A DNA stretch of 49,841 nucleotides from sequence record OL539443.1; one strand, written 5' to 3'. Every line of letters begins with the position of its first letter. Position 1 is the first letter of the stretch. The notes below the pieces were generated by a model. It made no database searches and had not been told where the DNA came from. It was given only the letters and a program-made list of their open reading frames with translations. Position numbers and translations under genes: made by a program. This DNA comes from Citrobacter phage vB_CfrD_Brooksby. Shown piece by piece: positions 1 to 10,043 of this stretch.

Positions 1-16
1 TGCAACGCCAAAAGAT

Positions 17-40
17 AACCCGCCTTGCGCGGGTTTTTTT
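17..40 (+). terminator. intrinsic terminator upstream of terS
   Basis: AACCCGC-CTTGC-GCGGGTT followed by a T-run. Confidence 0.8.
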
Positions 41-612
41 GTGCCTACAATTTAGCTATAATCACGCCTCAACAGGAGGATTTTATTATGGCTAAAAAAA
101 CAGAAGCGCCAGCGGCGGAAAGTCTAAACTTTAAAAAGTTATGGAATAAGCGATATTCCGATCTGGTAGGTAGCGAGATTGATAAACGCGCAACTCTAAC
201 GCCGGAACAGGTCATGAATCTGATTGTTCAGTATTTTGAGTGGGCGGAGCTAAACGCCATTAAAGCAGGTGAGACGGCATCCTTTCAGGGTCGAGTGTAT
301 CAGGACACGATTCACAAACCGCGTATTTTTACATGGGAAGGGTTAAAGCTGTTTTGCGGTTTTTCCGGCACAGCACTAGCAAAGTGGAAACTTAAACCAG
401 GCTATGATGTTGTTATTGAGTTTGCAGAATCGGTAATCAAAGAACAAAAATACCAGTTAGCTGCAAACGGAATGATTAACAGCACCATGATCGCAAAAGA
501 GCTTGGTATTGATAAAGGCGACACGTTCAATATTAGCGCTAACGCCAAAGAGCAAGACAATACAGAAGAAGCGATGAAAAACGCAGTCGCAAGCGTCCTA
601 AGTAAGATTTAA
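25..612 (+). CDS. terS: terminase small subunit-like protein (true start probably the ATG at 88, MAKKTEAPA)
   Basis: Position immediately before the large terminase; ATG at 88 preceded by AGGAGG. Confidence 0.6.
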   Translation: MRGFFCAYNLAIITPQQEDFIMAKKTEAPAAESLNFKKLWNKRYSDLVGSEIDKRATLTPEQVMNLIVQYFEWAELNAIKAGETASFQGRVYQDTIHKPRIFTWEGLKLFCGFSGTALAKWKLKPGYDVVIEFAESVIKEQKYQLAANGMINSTMIAKELGIDKGDTFNISANAKEQDNTEEAMKNAVASVLSKI

Positions 613-614
613 AG

Positions 615-2195
615 GTGAATGCTATGTTGATTTGGGAAGATTTAACAAAACTTGAAAAGCTGGCTATTAAGGAATTAAGTACACACGATTTTGATACTTT
701 CGTTAAAATCTGGTTCCCGATCCAGCAGGGCGAAAAATGGATACCTAACTGGCATCACCTTTATATTGCAAGGGCAATTGATGAAATTATTGAAGGTGTG
801 CGCAAAGATACCATTTTTAACGTAACGCCAGGTTCCGGCAAAACGGAATTACTTTCGATCCACTTTCCGCCTTATTCATATTTGAAATTGAACAAGGTGC
901 GAAATCTGAATATTTCGTTTGCTGATACACTGGTTAAACGTAACAGTAAGCGTGTGCGCGATCTGGTTAACTCGCGAGAATGGCAAGAGCTTTACCCCGC
1001 AAAAACTGGTACAAGCAAAGATGATGAATTCCAGATCCTTAATGACGCTGGCAAAGTTCGCCTGGAAATGATTAGTAAATCAATGGGCGGTCAGATTACT
1101 GGTAGCCGTGGCGGTTACATCACGCCTGGTGTTTATTCCGGTTGTGTAACGCTTGACGATCCAGAAAAGCCAGATGATATGTTTTCGAAGGTGAAGCGTG
1201 AGCGCGGTCAAATGATCGCAAAGAACACCATTCGATCACGTCGCGCACATTCAGAAACGCCGATTATCGTTATTCAGCAGCGTCTACACGCGCAGGATAT
1301 GACCTGGTTTCTGATGAATGGCGGAATGGGTATTGAATTTGATCAGATATCAATTCCGGCGATGGTTACGGAGGAATACGGGAAATCGCTTCCTGATTGG
1401 TTGCAGCCGCACTTTGAAAAGGATGTGCTTTCGTCTGAATACATCGTTATTGATGGCGTTAAGTATTATTCTTTTTGGCCTAGCAAGGAAAGCATTCATG
1501 ACCTGAAAGCGCTACGCGATGCGGATTTATACACGTTCCTTTCTCAGTACCAGCAAGAGCCAATTGCTCTTGGCGGCAACGCAATTAACGTTGGATGGTT
1601 CCAGTATTACGGAACCGGAGAAAAATCAACGATGCCAAAACCGGATCGATTTGATTATACGTTTATTACGGCTGATACCGCTCAGAAAGAAGGTGAGCTA
1701 AACGACTACAGCGTTTTATGTTATTGGGGCATGTTCAAAGGTCGGATCTATTTCATTGACGGTGTGCGCGGGAAATGGGAAGCGCCAATGTTAGAAACGC
1801 AGTTTAAAGCGTTTGTTAAACAGTGTTGGAACCGTAACAAAGAATGCGGAAACTTGCGTAAAATTTACGTGGAAGATAAAGCTAGCGGTACAGGTTTGAT
1901 CCAGAATTGCCGCAAAGCATTTCCGATAGAAATTACTCCAGTGCAACGCGATAAAGACAAAGTAACGCGCTGCATGGACGCACAGCCAGTGATCAAGAAT
2001 GGTTATGTTGTATTGCCTGAATCGCATCACATGCTTGCTGAATTTCTGGCAGAGGCGGCGGCATTCACTTATGATGACAGCCATCCTCATGATGATATTA
2101 TGGATAACCTTTTTGACGCGGTTAATATTGAGCTTAACCTTGCTGATAATGCGGTTGATAGAATGAAGCGTTTAGCTGGATTAGCGAAGCGTTAA
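615..2195 (+). CDS. terL: terminase large subunit
   Basis: ATPase motif TPGSGKTELLSIHFP, LDDPEKPDDMFS Walker B-like region, C-terminal nuclease-type acidic residues (DSHPHDDIMDNL). Confidence 0.92.
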   Translation: MNAMLIWEDLTKLEKLAIKELSTHDFDTFVKIWFPIQQGEKWIPNWHHLYIARAIDEIIEGVRKDTIFNVTPGSGKTELLSIHFPPYSYLKLNKVRNLNISFADTLVKRNSKRVRDLVNSREWQELYPAKTGTSKDDEFQILNDAGKVRLEMISKSMGGQITGSRGGYITPGVYSGCVTLDDPEKPDDMFSKVKRERGQMIAKNTIRSRRAHSETPIIVIQQRLHAQDMTWFLMNGGMGIEFDQISIPAMVTEEYGKSLPDWLQPHFEKDVLSSEYIVIDGVKYYSFWPSKESIHDLKALRDADLYTFLSQYQQEPIALGGNAINVGWFQYYGTGEKSTMPKPDRFDYTFITADTAQKEGELNDYSVLCYWGMFKGRIYFIDGVRGKWEAPMLETQFKAFVKQCWNRNKECGNLRKIYVEDKASGTGLIQNCRKAFPIEITPVQRDKDKVTRCMDAQPVIKNGYVVLPESHHMLAEFLAEAAAFTYDDSHPHDDIMDNLFDAVNIELNLADNAVDRMKRLAGLAKR

Positions 2196-2206
2196 TGTGT
2201 AAAATC

Positions 2207-2233
2207 AAAGGCTGGAATATTCCGGCCTTTTTT
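2207..2233 (+). terminator. intercistronic hairpin with T-run before the portal gene
   Basis: AAAGGCtGGAATATTCCgGCCTTTTTT. Confidence 0.7.
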
Positions 2234-2248
2234 ATTATGGGGGTATTT

Positions 2249-3544
2249 ATGAGCGACAAGGTAAAGGCCATTACTAAAGAGGATGGTTACAATGAAATTT
2301 TCGGATCTAAAGATGGAACGTTTAGGCCGAATGCTTTTTACATGCAAAGCGCGGCATTTAAAACGTTATCGCAATTTTATGAAGAAGATGGAATGGCGCG
2401 GCGCATTGTTGATGTTATTCCTGAAGAAATGGTAACGCCTGGTTTTAAAGTTGACGGCGTGAAAAATGAAAAGGCTTTTAAATCACGTTGGGATGAATTG
2501 CGACTAAACGCTAAAATTATTGATGCACTTTCATGGTCGCGTTTATTTGGCGGTTCTGCAATTCTTGCCGTTGTTGCTGATAACAGAATGTTGAAATCAC
2601 CTGTTAAGCCTGGCGCACAACTTGAAGATATTCGCGTATATGATCGCTATCAGATCACCATTCAGGAACGTGAAACTAACGCGCGGAGTGTTCGTTACGG
2701 CGAGCCAAAACTTTATAAGATCTCACCTGGCGGAGACATACCTGAATTCTTTGTTCATTACTCGCGTATTTGCATCATTGATGGTGAGCGCGTATCGAAT
2801 GAAAAACGCCGTCAAAATGATGGTTGGGGCGCAAGCATTTTAAACAAGCGTTTGATTGAGGCGATTATTGATTATAACTATTGCCAGGAATTAGCAACGC
2901 AATTGCTACGCAGAAAACAACAAGCAGTATGGAAAGCGCGTGATCTGGCTTTGATGTGCGACGACGAAGAAGGACGCTATGCGGCGCGTTTGCGTTTGGC
3001 TCAGGTTGATGACGAAAGCGGAGTTGGTAAGGCGATTGGTATTGATGCCACCGATGAAGAATATGAGGTTTTAAATTCTGACGTTTCCGGCGTTCCAGAG
3101 TTCTTACAGGAAAAGATTGATCGAATTGTTGCCCTTACTGGCATTCATGAAATCATCCTCAAAAATAAGAACACTGGCGGAGTTTCAGCGAGTCAAAACA
3201 CGGCGCTAGAGACTTTCTATAAGTTGATTGATCGCAAGCGCGGAGAGGATTACAAGCCTATTCTTGAATTCCTTTTGCCGTTCATGATCGCAGAAACGGA
3301 ATGGTCTATTGAATTCGAACCGTTAAGCGTTCCGAGCGATAAGGACAAAGCTGAAATTATGGCTAAGAACGTTGAATCTGTTGTAAAATTGAAAGCTGAA
3401 CAGGCGATTGATCTCAAAGAAACAAGAGACACTTTGCGATCCATTTGTCCAGATCTTAAAATCAGGGACAATGACAACATTGAATTGCAAGAGCCGGAAG
3501 ATTTAGATCCAGAGCCAGGGCAAGAGGGAGGATTGAATAAATGA
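2249..3544 (+). CDS. portal protein (DUF1073/phage portal-like)
   Basis: Position after TerL; sequence type MSDKVKAITKEDGYNEIFGSKDG...; ATG at 2249 after GGGGG RBS. Confidence 0.8.
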   Translation: MSDKVKAITKEDGYNEIFGSKDGTFRPNAFYMQSAAFKTLSQFYEEDGMARRIVDVIPEEMVTPGFKVDGVKNEKAFKSRWDELRLNAKIIDALSWSRLFGGSAILAVVADNRMLKSPVKPGAQLEDIRVYDRYQITIQERETNARSVRYGEPKLYKISPGGDIPEFFVHYSRICIIDGERVSNEKRRQNDGWGASILNKRLIEAIIDYNYCQELATQLLRRKQQAVWKARDLALMCDDEEGRYAARLRLAQVDDESGVGKAIGIDATDEEYEVLNSDVSGVPEFLQEKIDRIVALTGIHEIILKNKNTGGVSASQNTALETFYKLIDRKRGEDYKPILEFLLPFMIAETEWSIEFEPLSVPSDKDKAEIMAKNVESVVKLKAEQAIDLKETRDTLRSICPDLKIRDNDNIELQEPEDLDPEPGQEGGLNK

Positions 3545-4212
3545 TGTTTCCCGATATGACAGAGAGCGACGTTGAAAAGGCGCTTAATGATCTGGCGGTT
3601 GATATCACTGAAAACAATGCTGATGTAGAGGCGGCAATTGCCGCCTTTATGTTGCTGGTTTACGGGTTCGCCGTTAGTGCATATAAATATCACACTCGCC
3701 AGTTTATCAGAATGGCAAAGAAAACAGGCGGCGCAAATAATCGATCCGTTATCCTTCTGATTGGTGGTGTTTACGGAAATATGAATGAACGTTGGTTCAA
3801 TTCAAAATACATAACCTGGCGATCACTTATTGAGGCATCCGTAAGGAAATTTGCGTATAATGTGCTTGATGATTGGGAAGTACAACAGCGTTTAAATGAG
3901 TTACGCGAGCAAACAGAAACAAGAGCACAGATCAGAAAGCGTCTAAGAAAATATAAAGCGTGGGCTAAAAATAGGGCGTCTGGTTTTGTTGGTTCGTGGT
4001 ATTCCGTGTTAATGTATCAACGCGTAGTTGATGCCGGAGTTACCCATTATATTTGGCGCACTCAGGAAGATAACAGGGTTAGACCTGAACACGCGAAATT
4101 GGACATGAAGCGGATCTCATTGGCAATAAAGCACATATTCCCAGGGCAGGAGTATAATTGTCGCTGTTGGGCACAACCTGATTGGAAAACAGAGCAAGAG
4201 GTATATTTATGA
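3541..4212 (+). CDS. Mu F-like head morphogenesis/minor head protein
   Basis: C-terminal HI..EQNYNCRCWA-type motif (IFPGQEYNCRCWAQPDW), position after portal. Confidence 0.75.
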   Translation: MMFPDMTESDVEKALNDLAVDITENNADVEAAIAAFMLLVYGFAVSAYKYHTRQFIRMAKKTGGANNRSVILLIGGVYGNMNERWFNSKYITWRSLIEASVRKFAYNVLDDWEVQQRLNELREQTETRAQIRKRLRKYKAWAKNRASGFVGSWYSVLMYQRVVDAGVTHYIWRTQEDNRVRPEHAKLDMKRISLAIKHIFPGQEYNCRCWAQPDWKTEQEVYL

Positions 4213-5318
4213 AGAAGGTGCAACGCTTTGATAGTGTCAGAGTAAAGGCTCATTTTGATGAACACGGCTTTTTAGTTGATCGGCCTATTGTGGCGCGAAT
4301 TGGTTTGCAGATTTATCAAACGCCATACGGCGAGCGTAGAGAATTCAGGCCAGCAAGTGAAGTGTTTAAAGCTGATAGCCTAGCGACTTACGCAGGGAAA
4401 CCAATCACTGTTGGTCACGTCACTGTAACGCCTGAAAATGCGCGTGATGTTGTTGTTGGTACTTGTTCCGGTGCTGGAATTCCTAACGGGATCGGAGTTG
4501 AAGCGCCTTTGAACATTTACGCAAAAGACGCTATAGAAAGCGCCAAGAAAAAGCAAACGGCTGAAATTAGCGTTGGTTATACGTCGATTGATATTGATAA
4601 GCCTGGTTATGGCTCTAATGAAACCGGTGAATACATCTTTGAAGAAGATCTAAAAGAAGATGAACAGCCGCCGGAAGGATGGGTGAAATTTGATGCGCTG
4701 CAAACAAGCATTAGCGTTAACCATATTGCGTTAGTGTTTAAGGGTCGCGCTGGCATTGCAAAATTGAATCTTGATAGCGAGCAAGAATTCCCGTATGATA
4801 TCGACGTTAAATTAAATAAAGAGGACGAAGTTATGACCGTTAAAATTAAACTTGATGGTGCTGTTGAATTTGACGTACCAAAAGAAGTTGCTACTTTTAT
4901 CGAAACCGTGAAAGCAGACGCTACAGCGGCAAAAACTAAAGCCGATAGTCTGGAAGCAGAGCGAGATGCGCTACAGGCGAAAGTTGACGGCATTCCGGCA
5001 CAGATTGAAGAAGCCGTGAAAAAAGCAAAAGCTGACGCTGATGAACATGCCGCGCTGGTCGCTACCGCTTCCGAAGTTGGCGTAAAATGCGACGGACTAA
5101 CCGCCAAAGAAATTAAGATCGCATATGTGAAAGAGGTCATGGGTAATGATATTAGCGCAAAGGCTGATGCATATATTGATACCGCTTTTGATATCGCTAA
5201 AGAATCTGATAAAATGGCGGCTCAACGTATCGCATTAAAAGGCGATGCAGCAAAAAACAAACAGGATGAAGCGGAAACAGTTCTTGATCCTTCCGCGCGT
5301 CTGAATAAAGCTAAGTAA
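4209..5318 (+). CDS. DUF2213-like head protein (putative capsid maturation/scaffold function)
   Basis: ATGA overlap with upstream gene; N-terminal DUF2213-like region (GYGSNETGEYIFEEDL...) and coiled coil C-terminus. Confidence 0.65.
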   Translation: MKKVQRFDSVRVKAHFDEHGFLVDRPIVARIGLQIYQTPYGERREFRPASEVFKADSLATYAGKPITVGHVTVTPENARDVVVGTCSGAGIPNGIGVEAPLNIYAKDAIESAKKKQTAEISVGYTSIDIDKPGYGSNETGEYIFEEDLKEDEQPPEGWVKFDALQTSISVNHIALVFKGRAGIAKLNLDSEQEFPYDIDVKLNKEDEVMTVKIKLDGAVEFDVPKEVATFIETVKADATAAKTKADSLEAERDALQAKVDGIPAQIEEAVKKAKADADEHAALVATASEVGVKCDGLTAKEIKIAYVKEVMGNDISAKADAYIDTAFDIAKESDKMAAQRIALKGDAAKNKQDEAETVLDPSARLNKAK

Positions 5319-5330
5319 GGAGAAAATATT

Positions 5331-5810
5331 ATGTCTCAGATTTCAGCAAGTTATCATGTTGCAATGGCTCGCGCCTTGCCTGGTCAAGTTTCTGACACTT
5401 CCGCGTATAACATCGACGGCGCTTGTGTTCTTGATGGTGATGCAGGATCAACAATTTATGTTGGCGTTGGTGTTCAACATGGCGGAATTAGCGCAAGCGG
5501 TGAGAAATTAATTAAGGCTATGGCGGCGTCTGGTAATGCTTATGGTGTTGCTATTCGATCCAACTTCCAGACCACATCTAAAGATGGTCGCATGGTTTAT
5601 GAGGCTGGTAGCGGAATTAACGTAATGACTAAAGGGCGCGTTTGGATGCTATCTGTAGAATCAGAAGCGCCAGCATTCAAAACACCTATCAAACTTGACA
5701 ATTCAGGACAGGTTGATTTAACGTCTGGATTAATTGAAACTACTTGGATCGCAACTGGAGACTTTACGGAATTCCAAGGTCTAAAACTCGTTGAGGTTCA
5801 ACTGGTATAA
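5331..5810 (+). CDS. putative head decoration/structural protein, copy 1
   Basis: Location between DUF2213-like and MCP; paralogous to the next ORF. Confidence 0.5.
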   Translation: MSQISASYHVAMARALPGQVSDTSAYNIDGACVLDGDAGSTIYVGVGVQHGGISASGEKLIKAMAASGNAYGVAIRSNFQTTSKDGRMVYEAGSGINVMTKGRVWMLSVESEAPAFKTPIKLDNSGQVDLTSGLIETTWIATGDFTEFQGLKLVEVQLV

Positions 5811-5814
5811 TAAT

Positions 5815-5838
5815 AAGGCCGGAATAATCCGGCCTTTT
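5815..5838 (+). terminator. intercistronic terminator hairpin
   Basis: AAGGCCGG-AATAAT-CCGGCCTTTT. Confidence 0.75.
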
Positions 5839-5853
5839 ATATATGGTGGTTTT

Positions 5854-6294
5854 ATGTCTGATTACGGTTCTATAATAGGTATAGTTGAAAATGGGTGCTT
5901 GGTAGATTCAAGCCTTTATAATATAGATGGCTCGCCAGTTATGGATGTTTCATCCGTGATAGGTAAGGCCGTGTGTGTTGATCGCATATCTTGCGGTTAC
6001 AAAATAATCAGCCACAATTTTAATGAAAACTCAAAGCATTACGGAATCGTTACGCGTGATTATATGGATTTTTGCAAAGAATATTACGACGCAGGAGATC
6101 CGGTTAACGTAATAACTCATGGTCGAATTTGGGTAATCACTCAGGACGAACATGATATTCCATCGCATAAAGATCCTGTTTTTGTTAAAGGCGATGGCTC
6201 TATATCAACAAGTGGATTTCCTACTAGTTGGTTTTTTACTGGCGAATACGTAAGATATTCACACGGATATATTTTACTATCAGTTCAGTTGTAG
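5854..6294 (+). CDS. putative head decoration/structural protein, diverged copy 2
   Basis: ATG after GGTGG; shares YGI/VxxR, AGxxxNVxTxGRxWxx and a common C-terminal (S)G...TSW/TTWxxTG pattern with 5331-5810. Confidence 0.5.
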   Translation: MSDYGSIIGIVENGCLVDSSLYNIDGSPVMDVSSVIGKAVCVDRISCGYKIISHNFNENSKHYGIVTRDYMDFCKEYYDAGDPVNVITHGRIWVITQDEHDIPSHKDPVFVKGDGSISTSGFPTSWFFTGEYVRYSHGYILLSVQL

Positions 6295-6314
6295 TGTGCT
6301 AACACAAAAAACAC

Positions 6315-6342
6315 TTGAACGTTTAACAAAAAATGCTATATT
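6315..6342 (+). promoter_or_regulatory. putative sigma70 promoter for major capsid gene, overlapping a reverse-oriented operator-like palindrome
   Basis: TTGAAC - 16 bp - TGcTATATT (extended -10); complement of 6324-6338 reads TAGCATTTTTTGTTA. Confidence 0.5.
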
Positions 6343-6343
6343 A

Positions 6344-6367
6344 AAGCCGTTATTATGACGGCTTTTC
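6344..6367 (+). terminator. hairpin before major capsid RBS
   Basis: AAAGCCGT-TATTATG-ACGGCTTTT. Confidence 0.6.
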
Positions 6368-6383
6368 TATGAGGGAAAATATT

Positions 6384-7358
6384 ATGTCTAAAGAAATGAA
6401 ATATGATGAATTTGAAGCAAACGTGATCGCCAACCACATGCAGTTACGCGGCGCTAAAAACGACGCATCTGATATGGGTATTTGGACGGCTCAAGAGCTT
6501 CATAAAATTAAGGCTCAAGCCTATGAAAAAGAATATCCGGCAGGTTCCGCACTGCGTGTATTCCCTGTAACGTCCGAGCTTTCTGATACAGATAAAACTT
6601 TTGAATATCAGACTTTCGACAGAGTAGGCCACGCAAAAATCATCGCTGATTACACTGATGATCTGCCAACTGTTGACGCGATGATGACCTCTGAATTCGG
6701 TAAAGTGTTCCGCCTGGGTAATGCGTTCCTGATTTCCATTGACGAAATCAAAGCAGGTCAACGCACTGGCAAGAGCCTTTCCACTCGCAAGGCCAACGCC
6801 GCACAGAATGCGCATGATCAGCTTGTAAACCACCTGGTTTTCAAAGGCTCTAAACCGCATAAAATTATCAGCGTGTTTGATCATCCAAACCTGACAACTA
6901 TCAACTCCGCAGGTTGGAACAACGCCGCAGGTAATGGTAAAAAGCCGGAAACCGCACAGGATGAATTAGAGCAAGCGATTGAAAAAATCGAAACGCTGAC
7001 CAACGGGCAGCACCGCGCTAATATGATCCTGATTCCGCCGTCAATGCGTAAAGTTCTGATGGTTCGTATGCCGGAAACAACCATGAGCTATCTTGATTAT
7101 TTCAAGCAGCAGAATGGCGGTATCACTATCGAATCCATTTCCGAGCTTGAAGATATCGACGGCGCAGGTACTAAAGCGGCGCTGGTTTACGAAAAAGATC
7201 CAATGAACATGAGCATTGAGATTCCAGAAGCGTTTAACATGCTGACCGCGCAACCTAAAGACCTGCATTTCAAAGTGCCTTGCACCTCTAAATGTACTGG
7301 CCTGACGATTTACCGTCCGTTAACGCTGGTTCTGATTAAAGGTCTTGTAGTAGGCTGA
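6384..7358 (+). CDS. major capsid protein (DUF2184-like)
   Basis: Size, position, and sequence (EYPAGSALRVFPVTSELSDTDKTFEYQTFD..., IPPSMRKVLM...). Confidence 0.8.
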   Translation: MSKEMKYDEFEANVIANHMQLRGAKNDASDMGIWTAQELHKIKAQAYEKEYPAGSALRVFPVTSELSDTDKTFEYQTFDRVGHAKIIADYTDDLPTVDAMMTSEFGKVFRLGNAFLISIDEIKAGQRTGKSLSTRKANAAQNAHDQLVNHLVFKGSKPHKIISVFDHPNLTTINSAGWNNAAGNGKKPETAQDELEQAIEKIETLTNGQHRANMILIPPSMRKVLMVRMPETTMSYLDYFKQQNGGITIESISELEDIDGAGTKAALVYEKDPMNMSIEIPEAFNMLTAQPKDLHFKVPCTSKCTGLTIYRPLTLVLIKGLVVG

Positions 7359-7374
7359 TAATTCAATTAATATA

Positions 7375-7402
7375 GGGAACCGTTAAAAGGTTCCCTTTTT
7401 TT
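7375..7402 (+). terminator. terminator after major capsid gene
   Basis: GGGAACC-N7-GGTTCCC followed by TTTTTTT. Confidence 0.8.
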
Positions 7403-7420
7403 ATATCTGGAGAAAAACAA

Positions 7421-7693
7421 ATGGCTAAAGAAAAAGAAATTACACTGGTTAACACTGGCGTTGCACTGATTATTATTGATCGCGTTGACGTTATGCCAGG
7501 TAAGGAAATTACCGTTGCGGAAAGCGTGTTAGAGCGGCAGGGTACAAAATCACTGGTTGCACAAGGCAAGCTAACCGTAAAAGATAACAGCGAGCTAAAC
7601 GATAAGATCATTGAAGCGTTCAACGAAAAACGCAAGCCAAACCCAACCGAAGGCAAAAGCAAAGCACAGCTTGAGGACGGCGGCGAGTATTAA
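7421..7693 (+). CDS. hypothetical structural-region protein
   Basis: ORF with RBS GGAG in head-tail region. Confidence 0.6.
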   Translation: MAKEKEITLVNTGVALIIIDRVDVMPGKEITVAESVLERQGTKSLVAQGKLTVKDNSELNDKIIEAFNEKRKPNPTEGKSKAQLEDGGEY

Positions 7694-7701
7694 TTAGAAA
7701 G

Positions 7702-7724
7702 GGCGCTCATGTAGCGCCTTTTTT
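7702..7724 (+). terminator. intercistronic terminator hairpin
   Basis: GGCGCT-CATGT-AGCGCC plus T-run. Confidence 0.7.
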
Positions 7725-7739
7725 ATTATGGGGGTTATT

Positions 7740-8159
7740 ATGGTTGATGAAATTTATGGCGATATTGAGATCCTAGAGCAAATTTATAAAATCGCGCCAG
7801 CATTCAAGAAAGTTGATCCTGAATTGATTCAGGCATGGATTGAACTGGCTAAAGATTTCGTTTGCGAAAAGCATTTCAAAGACAAATATTTCCGCGCTGT
7901 TGCTCTTTACACTTTGCACCTGATGACTCTTGACGGAGCTATGAAACAGGAAAGTGAGAGCGTAGAAAGCTACTCGCATCGCATAGCGTCATTTTCCCTG
8001 ACTGGTGAGTTTTCGCAGACGTTCAGCAAAGTTAGCGACGACACAAGCGGTAACACGTTGCGCCAAACGCCGTGGGGTAAAATGTATGAAGTTCTCAACA
8101 AGAAAAAAGGCGGCGGATTTGGCCTTACAACTGCATTTCATCGGAGGTGCTCACGATGA
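7740..8159 (+). CDS. DUF4054-like head-tail connector
   Basis: Position and sequence ([15 protein letters not shown]...[12 protein letters not shown]). Confidence 0.6.
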   Translation: MVDEIYGDIEILEQIYKIAPAFKKVDPELIQAWIELAKDFVCEKHFKDKYFRAVALYTLHLMTLDGAMKQESESVESYSHRIASFSLTGEFSQTFSKVSDDTSGNTLRQTPWGKMYEVLNKKKGGGFGLTTAFHRRCSR

Positions 8160-8527
8160 ATTATGAACAAATCAGATCTATGGCATCGGCTGGAATTAAT
8201 TTTTTTAGCGATGGAACTGGTGAATTTGATTGCATTACTCAACCTGGAAGCGTTGAAATTGTTGGCGGTATTGAGGTTGAAAAACCTGAAATAAAGGTGA
8301 AGATTAAAGGTCTTGTGAGAGCACCACGTACGCGAGAAGTTGACGGAGAGACAATTAGAGTTACCGACAAGTTAGGCGTTTTTAATGCTGATGTAGAGCT
8401 TAAAAACGGATATCAGATTGATATCGACGGCGAGCGTTATGTTATGGTTGAAACAAGACCAATCAGACCAACAAGCATTACCGTTGCTTACCGTCCAATA
8501 ATGCGGAGGGTTGCGGTTCATGGCTGA
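8156..8527 (+). CDS. head-tail joining-region protein
   Basis: Overlapping ORF, good RBS GGAGG, syntenic position. Confidence 0.55.
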   Translation: MNYEQIRSMASAGINFFSDGTGEFDCITQPGSVEIVGGIEVEKPEIKVKIKGLVRAPRTREVDGETIRVTDKLGVFNADVELKNGYQIDIDGERYVMVETRPIRPTSITVAYRPIMRRVAVHG

Positions 8528-8960
8528 TTATTCGATCCGAGAATTTCATGGCAATGTTGACAAATGGATCGAGCAAGTAGAAAGCGGATTGAATGACGTG
8601 ATTCAGATTTTTGGTGAAAAGGTTCACGGCGCATTAGTTGATATTGCTCCAGTGGACACAGGACGATTCAAAGCCAATATGCAGATCACAGCAAACAAGC
8701 CGCCTCTTTACGCGCTCAATCAATATGATCCTGATGGTGATAAAACAAAGGCGGAAGGTCGCAGGACGCTTTATGCTTTATTGCATGGCGGCGGCGCTAT
8801 TAAATCAATATACTTTTCCAATATGCTGATTTACGCTAATGCTCTTGAATATGGTCATTCAAAGCAAGCGCCAGCGGGGGTATTTGGTATCGTTGCGATC
8901 CGGTTGCGCTCTTACATGGCGGAAGCGATAATGGAGGCGAGAAAGAAAAATGCACTATGA
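8520..8960 (+). CDS. HK97 gp10-like tail completion/neck protein
   Basis: LVDIAPVDTGRFKANMQ motif typical of HK97 gp10-like proteins. Confidence 0.65.
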   Translation: MADYSIREFHGNVDKWIEQVESGLNDVIQIFGEKVHGALVDIAPVDTGRFKANMQITANKPPLYALNQYDPDGDKTKAEGRRTLYALLHGGGAIKSIYFSNMLIYANALEYGHSKQAPAGVFGIVAIRLRSYMAEAIMEARKKNAL

Positions 8961-9342
8961 ATTATCTGTTGCGGCAAGAATGGCGCTGGCTCAAGAATAC
9001 GAAAGCGAATATATGATCGCTTATGAAAACGTTGAATTTACGCCACCAAAAGGCGGCGGCATTTGGCTTAAATATGACTACAAAGAAGCAGATACAATAA
9101 TTCATGATCTGAAAAGGAAATGCATTAGCTATATTGGAATGGTTCAGATCGGAATTGAATTCCCTCCAGGTTCAGGAATTGATAAGGCTCGCAAGCTGGC
9201 AAAAAATATTGCTGATTTCTTTGAAGATGGTAAAATGCTTTCGAATGGATATATTTCAGAAGGTGCAAAAGTGCATCAAGTTCAGAAATCAGAATCAGGC
9301 TGGTTTTATCCAGTACGTTTTTATGTTCGTTATGATGGTTAA
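8950..9342 (+). CDS. tail terminator-like protein (DUF4128-like)
   Basis: Size/position, IGIEFPPGSGIDKARKLAKNIADFF. Confidence 0.55.
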   Translation: MHYELSVAARMALAQEYESEYMIAYENVEFTPPKGGGIWLKYDYKEADTIIHDLKRKCISYIGMVQIGIEFPPGSGIDKARKLAKNIADFFEDGKMLSNGYISEGAKVHQVQKSESGWFYPVRFYVRYDG

Positions 9343-9356
9343 TAAAGGGGGCTATT

Positions 9357-10016
9357 ATGCACTTACCTAACGGATCACAGATTTTTATTGAAAACACGCG
9401 CGGCTCAGAAATCAAAGCAACAGCAATCAGCAACGCAACAGATCCGGTGTTTACCGCGTCTGATACTGGCGGATTGAAAAAAGGTGATTATGTGATTGTC
9501 ACTGTATCAACGTGGGGTAAACTTCTTGATCGTGTACTGCGAGTTAAAGAGGTTAGCGATAACACAAGTTTCACTCTTGAAGGTATCGACACCACTGATG
9601 AAAACGTTTTTCCGTCCGGCGCTACTGGTAGCGTTATGAAAATTGAATCATGGACAGAGATCCCATGCGTACAGGACTTGTGGCAGGACGGCGGCGAGCA
9701 GCAGTATTACAATTACCAGTGCTTGAGCGATGACCAGGAGCAGCAGCTACAAACCTATAAAAGCGCGGTGTCACTGACTTACACCTTTGCGCATGAGTAC
9801 GATAACCCTATTTATCCGCTCTTGCGTAAGGCTGACGAATCCGGCGACGTTAAAGCATTGCGCATGTATGTACCAAAAGCAAAAGAAATGCGCCTTTGGG
9901 CTGGTGTGCTTTCTTTCAATGAGATCCCACAAACGGCGGTAAACGAAATGGAAACCGTTTCTTTGTCGGTATCCCTGAAAGGTCGCTTTACTTTCTTGCC
10001 GTCTACTCAGGCTTAA
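9357..10016 (+). CDS. major tail tube protein
   Basis: Position directly before the chaperone/tape measure cassette; LPNGSQIFIE..., ATAISNATDPVFTASD. Confidence 0.7.
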   Translation: MHLPNGSQIFIENTRGSEIKATAISNATDPVFTASDTGGLKKGDYVIVTVSTWGKLLDRVLRVKEVSDNTSFTLEGIDTTDENVFPSGATGSVMKIESWTEIPCVQDLWQDGGEQQYYNYQCLSDDQEQQLQTYKSAVSLTYTFAHEYDNPIYPLLRKADESGDVKALRMYVPKAKEMRLWAGVLSFNEIPQTAVNEMETVSLSVSLKGRFTFLPSTQA

Positions 10017-10021
10017 TTTAA

Positions 10022-10043
10022 AGGGGCGCATTGCGTCCCTTTT
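10022..10043 (+). terminator. terminator after tail tube gene
   Basis: GGGGCGCATTGCGTCCC followed by T-run. Confidence 0.65.
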
